The position numbers and the translations under genes are program-made. Shown piece after piece: positions 57,179-64,000 of a stretch of DNA of 64,000 nucleotides (position 1 is its first letter; each line of letters starts with the position of its first letter). Source of the stretch: Clostridia bacterium. Its GTDB lineage: Bacteria; Bacillota; Clostridia; Peptostreptococcales; Acidaminobacteraceae. Where the stretch lies: NCBI GenBank assembly GCA_035269305.1, contig DATFJG010000123.1, positions 21,254-85,253 on the forward strand. Direction: 5' to 3'. Under the pieces are notes generated by a model. That model was not told the DNA's origin. It ran no database searches and saw only the letters and a list, made by a program, of their open reading frames with translations.

Positions 57179-60100
57179 TTCTATTCACCGCCTGTAAATT
57201 TACTAAATTTTCTAATCCTTTATTCTCTGCAATCGCATCATAGCCATCACTACTTACTTTCACAAATAGATTTGAATAATACATCCACTCATCCAAGATA
57301 CTTTTGGCTTTTAAACTACCAGTCAATTCAATATGTTCTTCCAATAAACTTTTAAGAATCTCTTGATCAACTGAATTCAAATCTTTAACACTTACCGTAT
57401 CTTTATTGACTTTTGATTCTGTTAATGGATTTTTATTAAGCACATATGCAATTCCACCTGTCATACCAGCCGCAAAGTTATCTCCTACATCTCCTAAAAC
57501 TACAACTATACCATTCGTCATGTATTCACAACCATGGTTCCCTACGCCCTCCACAACACTAATCGCACCTGAGTTTCTAACTGCAAACCGTTCACCTGCT
57601 TGACCATTAATAAACAGTTTTCCTTTAATCGCACCATATAACGTTGTATTACCTACTAAAATATCTGTTTCAATCTTATTATCTGGATGTTTTACGATTA
57701 TTGTTCCACCAGATAAACCCTTAGCTACATAATCATTGGCATCACCAAACATTTGGAAAACAATTGGTGCTGTTAAAAATGCGCCAAAACTCTGACCAGC
57801 AGTGCCTTTAAATTTATATACCTTTTCATTTTCAATCTTTAGTTTATTTTTAATAATATAACTGCTTAGTTTTGTACCAATAGATCTATTTGTATTGGTT
57901 ATTGTTATTTCATCTTCTATGGTATTCTTATTAAGTATCGCTATTAACTGATCATCTAGAGTCGCTATATTTTCTAAGGCTTTTGCTTCAACATGTTTAG
58001 ACCCAAAACTCTTTGGTAATTCTGGCTTAAATAAAATTTGTGATAAATCAATATTTTTTATCTTCCAGTGGTCAATTAAATCTTTTCTTTTTAGTAAATC
58101 AGATCGACCAACAAGTTGATCTAAAGATTCGTAACCTAAATTGGCTAGGTATTCTCTTATTTCTTTCGCAATAAATGTGAAGTAATTTACAACATGCTCC
58201 GGCTTACCTTTAAAGTATTTTCTCAATTCAGGATCTTGTGTTGCAACACCTACTGGACATTTATTCGTATGACACTTTCGCATCATGATACAACCACTAA
58301 CAACTAAAGGTGCTGTAGCAAATCCGTATTCTTCAGCTCCTAAAAGGGTTGCTACTAAAACATCGCGACCAGTTCTCATTTGACCATCTACTTGCAATGA
58401 AACCTTCTTTCTTAAATTATTCATTAATAAAGTCTGATGTGTTTCGCTTAAACCTATTTCCCAGGGAACGCCAGCATTCTTTATAGATGTCATCGGTGCT
58501 GCTCCAGTACCACCATCATGCCCTGAAACTAAAATCATATCAGCATGACCTTTTACAACTCCTGCAGCAATTGTTCCAATACCAGCTCTAGAAACTAGTT
58601 TTACACTGATTCTAGCTTTAGGATTTGAAGCTTTTAAGTCATAGATCAATTGCTCTAAATCTTCAATTGAATAAATATCATGATGCGGTGGTGGAGATAT
58701 TAATGGTAAATTTTCGATGGCATGTCTAATTTCTGCTACTTTTCCAACAACTTTTTTACCAGGTAAATGACCACCTTCACCAGGTTTTGCTCCTTGAGAA
58801 ACTTTGATTTGTATTTCTTCAGCATCATTTAGATACTCAATTGATACACCAAATCTTCCAGCAGCAATTTGCTTAATTTTTGATTTCTTGTTCGTATAGT
58901 ATCGATCTTTATCCTCGCCACCTTCTCCTGAGTTACTACTTGCACCGATTGAATTCATTGCTACAGCTAAATTCTCATGGGCTTCCTTACTCAATGATCC
59001 GAATGACATTGCTCCTGTAACAAACTTCTTGAGAATATTTTCAATTGGTTCTACACTATCAATGGGTATTGGTTGACGATCAGATTCAAAGGTTAATAAG
59101 CCTCTTAAAGTAATTAAAGACTTTTTAGAATCATTAACCATCTCTGAATACTCTTTGTATTCATTATAATTATTTGTGCGACAGGAGTTTTGCAATTTAC
59201 CAATAACTTCTGGTGTAAATAAATGCTTAATACCATCTTTTTTATAGTGCAATTCACTTCCTTTTTTTATTTTTTCACCTTTAAAAAATGCATTTTCATG
59301 TCTAATGAATACTTCCTCGGCAATTATATCTAAATCAATGCCGGTTATTGTATGTGATGTCCCGTTAAAATATGATTCAACGATTTCACGATTTAGACCA
59401 ATGATTTCAAAAAGCTGAGCACCGATATAACTATTCAATGTAGATATTCCCATTTTAGATAATATCTTCAATAAGCCTTTTTCTAAAGCTTTAATATAAT
59501 TTTTCTTGGCTTCTATGGGTGTTAAATCTTTAATATATAAGTTCTCATTAACTAATGAATTAATTGTATCTAAAGCCAAATATGGATTAACTACTGTTGC
59601 ACCATATCCAAATAGCAAGGCTATATGCATAGGATCTCTTGCCTCTCCAGTTTCGACAATTAAATCCACTTTCGTCTTAATTTTCTTCTTCAACAAATGT
59701 GTATTTACTGCAGCCAATGCTAATAAACTTGGTATAGGTGATCTAAACTTATCTATCATTTTGTCACTTAGAATTATAATATTGAAGTCATTTTCGATTG
59801 CCTTCTCAACTCTTTGACAGATTAACTCTAATCCTTTTTCTAATCCACTTCCAAGTAAATCAGAATCAAAAACCATTGGAATCTTTATACTTCTAAAGTC
59901 TGAGTTCATTAAATTTTGTATCCCATCTAATTCTTGATTGTTTACAATGGGATGCTCAAAAGTAAGAAATTTACTTTCTTCATCTTTTATTTTTCCATCA
60001 AGGAGACCTTTGAAATTTCCAATTGTTGTTCTTAAAGACATTACATTTTTTTCTCTTATTGGATCTATGGCTGGGTTTGTTACTTGTGCAAATAATTGCT

Positions 60101-61634
60101 TAAAGTAATCAAAAAGTAATTTAGGTTCTTCACTTAATACCGCAAGTGGCGTATCAGTACCCATTGAGAGAATCGGTTCTTTCCCATCTTTTGCCATTAC
60201 TGCAATAACACGCTTTAATTCTTCTCTTGTATACCCAAAGGATACTTGCTTTTGATTAATTATTTCCGCATCTTCTATAACACTCTTTCCTATTTTAACT
60301 GTCAACTCGTTCTTTTTAATTAACTGTGTATATTCTGGTGTCACAAAAGTTTCTAAAATATCCTTTTGCAACATTAGTGAACCACTATCTAAGTCAACTG
60401 CTAAAAATTCGCCAGGTTTAATCTTTCCACGACTAATCACCTGATCATCCTTTATTCCTACAACGCCAGCTTCAGAAGCCATAATCACTTTATTTTTAGT
60501 TACGTAATAACGAGCGGGACGTAACCCATTTCTATCTAGTTTGGTACCAATATATTGATCATCAGAAAAAATTATAGTCGCTGGTCCATCCCATGGTTCA
60601 ATTAGATTTGAATGATACTTATAAAAATCTACCACATTCTCATTTAAGTAATTCGCATTCTCCCATGGTTGAGGAATAAGCATTGCTAATGCGTGTAATA
60701 TACTTCTACCACCAATTGTAAACAGTTCGACGATATTGTCAAGATTAGCAGAGTCAGAAACATCTTTCTCTATTAGATGCTCTATATCTACTAATGCATC
60801 TCCAAAAATCTTTGATTCTAAATTTTCTTTTTTGGATTCAAATTTTTGAATATTTCCTTTTATTGTATTTATTTCACCATTATGAGCAATATATTTAAAT
60901 GGATGGGCTAACTTCCAACTAGGCGAAGTATTTGTACTGTATCTTTGATGAACTACTATATAAGCAGTCTTAAAGCTTGTACTTTGCAAATCTTTAAAAA
61001 AAGTTTTCATCTGATTGGCTAATAATAATCCTTTGTAGACTATACTATGAGAAGATAAAGAACAGATATAAAAATTTTCAATGTATTCGCTTTCAATGTT
61101 TAAAATTGCTGAATCAATATTTTTTCTTAAAATAAATAATTCCTTTTCAAAGTCATTTTTTGGTACTTCGTTGCGCTTTATAAATAATTGCTGGATTTCA
61201 GGCAAAGTGCTTCTCGCATAACTACCAGCTGCCGTTGTATTAATTGGAACATTTCTCCACTGTATAAATTCTAATTTCGAATTCGATATTATCCGTTCAA
61301 TAGTCGCCATACATTCAAAGCGTATATCCGGCGCTAATGGAAGAAAAATCATACCAACAGCATAATCACCAGGACTAGGCAAATCATTGCCTAACGCCAT
61401 TTTAAAAAAATCATGTGGTATTTGGAATTTAAGTCCAGCCCCATCTCCTGTTTGGTCATCATAGCCTACAGCACCCCGATGGGCCATATTGTTAAGCATA
61501 TCTAAACCATCATCGATCATCTTATGGCTTTTTCTACCATTTGTGTCTACTATGAAACCTACACCACAATTATCACTTTCATATTCTGGTTTATAAGCTC
61601 CATGTTCAATAAATTGTTTTTTCATAGTCATCAC
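57171..61634 (-). CDS. gltB: Glutamate synthase large subunit
   Basis: Ntn-amidotransferase Cys in DNCGVGFIV, a central FMN / 3Fe-4S region, and a C-terminal GXGXG beta-helix domain. The track start is GTG 61634. ATG 61631 or 61625 is equally possible. Confidence 0.95.
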   Translation of the reverse strand: MMTMKKQFIEHGAYKPEYESDNCGVGFIVDTNGRKSHKMIDDGLDMLNNMAHRGAVGYDDQTGDGAGLKFQIPHDFFKMALGNDLPSPGDYAVGMIFLPLAPDIRFECMATIERIISNSKLEFIQWRNVPINTTAAGSYARSTLPEIQQLFIKRNEVPKNDFEKELFILRKNIDSAILNIESEYIENFYICSLSSHSIVYKGLLLANQMKTFFKDLQSTSFKTAYIVVHQRYSTNTSPSWKLAHPFKYIAHNGEINTIKGNIQKFESKKENLESKIFGDALVDIEHLIEKDVSDSANLDNIVELFTIGGRSILHALAMLIPQPWENANYLNENVVDFYKYHSNLIEPWDGPATIIFSDDQYIGTKLDRNGLRPARYYVTKNKVIMASEAGVVGIKDDQVISRGKIKPGEFLAVDLDSGSLMLQKDILETFVTPEYTQLIKKNELTVKIGKSVIEDAEIINQKQVSFGYTREELKRVIAVMAKDGKEPILSMGTDTPLAVLSEEPKLLFDYFKQLFAQVTNPAIDPIREKNVMSLRTTIGNFKGLLDGKIKDEESKFLTFEHPIVNNQELDGIQNLMNSDFRSIKIPMVFDSDLLGSGLEKGLELICQRVEKAIENDFNIIILSDKMIDKFRSPIPSLLALAAVNTHLLKKKIKTKVDLIVETGEARDPMHIALLFGYGATVVNPYLALDTINSLVNENLYIKDLTPIEAKKNYIKALEKGLLKILSKMGISTLNSYIGAQLFEIIGLNREIVESYFNGTSHTITGIDLDIIAEEVFIRHENAFFKGEKIKKGSELHYKKDGIKHLFTPEVIGKLQNSCRTNNYNEYKEYSEMVNDSKKSLITLRGLLTFESDRQPIPIDSVEPIENILKKFVTGAMSFGSLSKEAHENLAVAMNSIGASSNSGEGGEDKDRYYTNKKSKIKQIAAGRFGVSIEYLNDAEEIQIKVSQGAKPGEGGHLPGKKVVGKVAEIRHAIENLPLISPPPHHDIYSIEDLEQLIYDLKASNPKARISVKLVSRAGIGTIAAGVVKGHADMILVSGHDGGTGAAPMTSIKNAGVPWEIGLSETHQTLLMNNLRKKVSLQVDGQMRTGRDVLVATLLGAEEYGFATAPLVVSGCIMMRKCHTNKCPVGVATQDPELRKYFKGKPEHVVNYFTFIAKEIREYLANLGYESLDQLVGRSDLLKRKDLIDHWKIKNIDLSQILFKPELPKSFGSKHVEAKALENIATLDDQLIAILNKNTIEDEITITNTNRSIGTKLSSYIIKNKLKIENEKVYKFKGTAGQSFGAFLTAPIVFQMFGDANDYVAKGLSGGTIIVKHPDNKIETDILVGNTTLYGAIKGKLFINGQAGERFAVRNSGAISVVEGVGNHGCEYMTNGIVVVLGDVGDNFAAGMTGGIAYVLNKNPLTESKVNKDTVSVKDLNSVDQEILKSLLEEHIELTGSLKAKSILDEWMYYSNLFVKVSSDGYDAIAENKGLENLVNLQAVNRIG

Positions 61635-61638
61635 CCCT

Positions 61639-61653
61639 AATTTTCTGAAAATT
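61639..61653. promoter_or_regulatory. CodY box, 15/15 match to AATTTTCWGAAAATT
   Basis: AATTTTCTGAAAATT on plus, AATTTTCAGAAAATT on minus. Lies between the gltB -10 and SD. Confidence 0.6.
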
Positions 61654-61666
61654 CTGTATTTTCATT

Positions 61667-61694
61667 ATTATATAGGAGTATTTGCAATTGTCAA
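61667..61694 (-). promoter_or_regulatory. Sigma-A-type gltBD promoter
   Basis: Minus strand reads TTGACA (61694-61689), 16 nt, TATAAT (61672-61667). Confidence 0.6.
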
Positions 61695-61706
61695 TGGCAA
61701 AACTTG

Positions 61707-61810
61707 CAAAAAACCTTTTCCTAACCAAGGAAAACGTTACCAATATGAAATTTATTGCCTAGCGGCTTTCAAAAACAAAAAAATCATATTGCTATTAACA
61801 ATATGATTTC
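61707..61810 (-). terminator. Two successive intrinsic terminators after the UPF0210 gene
   Basis: AAATCATATT...AATATGATTT plus T7 (about 61771-61810), and TTTTCCT-tggtt-AGGAAAA followed by GGTTTTTT (about 61707-61735). Confidence 0.7.
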
Positions 61811-61814
61811 TACT

Positions 61815-63173
61815 CTAATTTTTAAAACTATGAATAGGCGCTGGAATCCTACCCCCACTATTAATGAGATTTTTACAGTCATTTTTATTAACTGCCATGA
61901 CTGGTGCTGTACCCAATAAACCTCCAAAATGGACAACGTCACCTTCTTTTCTATTATATGCAGGAATAACACGTACAGCAGTTGTTTTCTGATTAATCAT
62001 CCCTATGGCCATTTCATCGGCAATCATCCCTGAAATAATAGATGCCGGTGTTTCTCCAGGAATAGCAATCATATCTAAGCCAACTGAACATACACATGTC
62101 ATTGCTTCAAGTTTGTCAATACTCATGGCACCGGATTGTACAGCAGCAATCATCCCTTCATCTTCACTTACGGGTATAAAAGCACCACTTAACCCACCTA
62201 CATGATTTGCAGCCATAACACCACCTTTTTTTACAGCATCATTCAAAAGAGCCAAAGCTGCTGTTGTTCCATGGGTACCAGATACTGAAACACCAATTTC
62301 CTCCAAGATTCTAGCCACACTATCACCAACAGCTGGTGTCGGTGCAAGTGATAAATCAACTATTCCTAATTTAACATCCATAATCTTAGAAATTTCCTTA
62401 GCAATCATCTGACCAGCTCTTGTTATTTTAAAGGTAGTCCGTTTAATCACTTCTGAAACGTCATCGAAACTTTCTCCCTTAACTTTTTCTAACGCTGATT
62501 TGACAACACCTGGTCCACTAATACCTACATTTATTACCGTTTCAGCTTCTTCTACGCCTAAAAAAGCACCCGCCATAAATGGATTATCACTCACAGCATT
62601 TGTAAATACAACTAATTTTGCACAGCCAATACTCTCTTTACTTTTAGTGCATTCCGCTGTTCTTTTAATAACCTCTCCCATTTTCTTTACAGCATCCATA
62701 TTTATACCTGCTTTAGTTGAGCCAACATTGATGGATGCACATATACGATCTGTTTCAGCTAACGCTTGTGGTATTGATTCAATTAATATCCGATCCCCTT
62801 TAGTACATCCTTTCTCAACTAATGCTGAAAATCCACCAATAAAGTCAATATTTAATTCTTTTGCTGCCTTGTCTAGAACTTTAGCATACTTTGTATAGTT
62901 CTTAGCTTCTGATGCTTGAGCTATTATTGCTATAGGCGTTACAGATATCCGCTTATTTATGATAGGTATCCCATAAGCCCTGGAAACCTTGTCTGCAGTT
63001 GTTACTAAATTTTTAGCTTCCCTAGTGATTTTATTATAAATTTTCTCACAAGATTTGTCTGAATCACTATCAATACAATCCAGTAATGAAATCCCCATCG
63101 TTATTGTTCGAATATCTAATTTTTCTTTTTCAACCATATTTTGTGCTTCTAATACATTTTCAAAACTTATCAT
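61815..63173 (-). CDS. UPF0210 (DUF711) family protein, function unknown
   Basis: 452 aa. N-terminus ([29 protein letters not shown]), length and pairing with a small ACT protein match my recollection of the UPF0210/UPF0237 gene pair in Firmicutes. Confidence 0.7.
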   Translation of the reverse strand: MISFENVLEAQNMVEKEKLDIRTITMGISLLDCIDSDSDKSCEKIYNKITREAKNLVTTADKVSRAYGIPIINKRISVTPIAIIAQASEAKNYTKYAKVLDKAAKELNIDFIGGFSALVEKGCTKGDRILIESIPQALAETDRICASINVGSTKAGINMDAVKKMGEVIKRTAECTKSKESIGCAKLVVFTNAVSDNPFMAGAFLGVEEAETVINVGISGPGVVKSALEKVKGESFDDVSEVIKRTTFKITRAGQMIAKEISKIMDVKLGIVDLSLAPTPAVGDSVARILEEIGVSVSGTHGTTAALALLNDAVKKGGVMAANHVGGLSGAFIPVSEDEGMIAAVQSGAMSIDKLEAMTCVCSVGLDMIAIPGETPASIISGMIADEMAIGMINQKTTAVRVIPAYNRKEGDVVHFGGLLGTAPVMAVNKNDCKNLINSGGRIPAPIHSFKN

Positions 63174-63182
63174 TTTTTCCTC

Positions 63183-63449
63183 CTATAGAGAATACATATT
63201 GTTAAACAAATCTTCATTATACATTTTGATATTTAATTTCAATGCAGAGGATTTTTCTCTAAATTTTTTCTCTAAATTATAGAAATCTTCTTCTGTATCA
63301 AACTCTATTTCCATCATCATTGTAAACTTGTCGTTCATTATAGTTTGCTCAACATTAACAATATTCGAATTATTCTCTGCAATTAAATTTGCTATTTGTG
63401 CAATTATTCCTACTCGATCTTTCCCCACTACAGTTAAAACAGCTTTCAT
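63183..63449 (-). CDS. ACT domain protein (UPF0237 family)
   Basis: 88 aa. MKAVLTVVGKDRVGIIAQIANLIAENNSNI is a typical ACT beta-alpha-beta start. Confidence 0.8.
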   Translation of the reverse strand: MKAVLTVVGKDRVGIIAQIANLIAENNSNIVNVEQTIMNDKFTMMMEIEFDTEEDFYNLEKKFREKSSALKLNIKMYNEDLFNNMYSL

Positions 63450-63464
63450 ATGTCCTCCTTACAA

Positions 63465-63497
63465 AAACAAAAAAACAACCAAAAATAGGTTGTTTTA
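63465..63497 (-). terminator. Expression-platform terminator of the glycine riboswitch
   Basis: Minus strand AAAACAACC-tattttt-GGTTGTTTT followed by TTTGTTTTTG, just before the AAGGAGG SD. Confidence 0.7.
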
Positions 63498-63504
63498 CTC
63501 TTAT

Positions 63505-63584
63505 CTTCTGTCCTTTTACCTGAGAGCTTGATTATTTTTCAATAACTTTCCCCTTCGGTGTTCAATGCTGAATCTCTCCAGAAG
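63505..63584 (-). promoter_or_regulatory. Glycine riboswitch, single canonical aptamer
   Basis: Minus strand reads CTTCTGGAGAGATTCAGCATTGAACACCGAAGGGGAAAGTTATTGAAAAATAATCAAGCTCTCAGGTAAAAGGACAGAAG. P1 is CTTCTG/CAGAAG. The conserved GGAGAG, CACCGAAGGGG and CTCTCAGGTAAAAGGAC blocks match the V. cholerae and B. subtilis glycine aptamers as I recall them. Confidence 0.85.
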
Positions 63585-63706
63585 TTTGTCCATTAACGGT
63601 CACCTAAATTTCCACTAACTTCATCCAATATTAAATTAGACTCAGTTTAGCATATTTCATATAAAAAGTAAAGTGAATCTTCTAAATGAACAATTGAGAT
63701 TTAATT

Positions 63707-64000
63707 TTATAAGACCTCTTGAACAAAAATATCTACGATATTTGAATCAAACTGCTTGCCTGAGCAACTTATTAACTCTGTTATTGCGGCTTCCTTTGTC
63801 ATTGCTTCTTGGTAAGGTCTTTCAGAAGTCATTGCTTCATAAGCATCTGCAACTGCAATAATTCTTGAACCTAAAGGAATTTCATCACCTTTAAGTCCTT
63901 CGGGATACCCTTTACCATCAATTCTCTCATGGTGGTATAAGACGTCTTCCGCAAAATCAAAATATTCTTCTACAGATTTCAATATTTGATAACTAGTTTC
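63707..64000 (-). CDS. HD-GYP domain protein (c-di-GMP phosphodiesterase family), C-terminal part only
   Basis: HHERIDGKGYPEGL motif. The reading frame stays open to the window edge, so the track Met at 63982 is internal. Confidence 0.75.
   Translation of the reverse strand, partial: ETSYQILKSVEEYFDFAEDVLYHHERIDGKGYPEGLKGDEIPLGSRIIAVADAYEAMTSERPYQEAMTKEAAITELISCSGKQFDSNIVDIFVQEVL

Noticed and set aside
61784-61972. 62-aa minus-strand ORF overlapping the 3' end of the UPF0210 gene
   Set aside because: It is an out-of-frame overlap with a well-supported gene and extends into the terminator. No SD is present.

Overview
Visibly AT-rich (GC not computed) chromosomal core region of a low-GC Firmicute, probably a motile, spore-forming Clostridia-class anaerobe, judged from a 2-oxoacid:ferredoxin oxidoreductase, two MCPs and a GH18 YaaH/YdhD-like hydrolase. 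There are about 58 protein genes, nearly all housekeeping. They cover nitrogen assimilation (amt-glnK, gltBD), cysteine synthesis (cysK-cysE) and an amino-acid ABC importer, and pantothenate (panG-like, panB, panC, panD). They also include a lysC-dapB-dapA-dapD-aminotransferase-lysA operon, ABC exporters, a TetR-controlled HlyD/ABC-2 efflux operon, one two-component system, a split chromate transporter, greA and msrB. I found no rRNA/tRNA, CRISPR array, IS/transposon, prophage or recognisable defence genes. The notable property is the density of cis-regulatory leaders, all read by eye. These are an Asn-specifier T-box before an archaeal-type AspRS, a tandemly duplicated promoter+Cys-T-box+terminator unit before cysK, an L-box, and a single-aptamer glycine riboswitch before an ACT(UPF0237)/UPF0210 pair of unknown function. 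There are also leader terminators before amt-glnK and the pan operon. The most unusual candidates are: (1) an unannotated 40-codon upstream ORF with four consecutive Cys codons and a downstream terminator ahead of the ABC importer, a possible leader-peptide attenuator; (2) the glycine-riboswitch link to UPF0237/UPF0210; (3) the duplicated Cys T-box unit; (4) a catalytically degenerate LMW-PTP/ArsC-like gene translationally coupled to panD; (5) a Fur-box-controlled 35-codon sORF. Coordinates of non-ORF features were hand-counted and may be off by 1-3 nt. No searches or folding programs were run.
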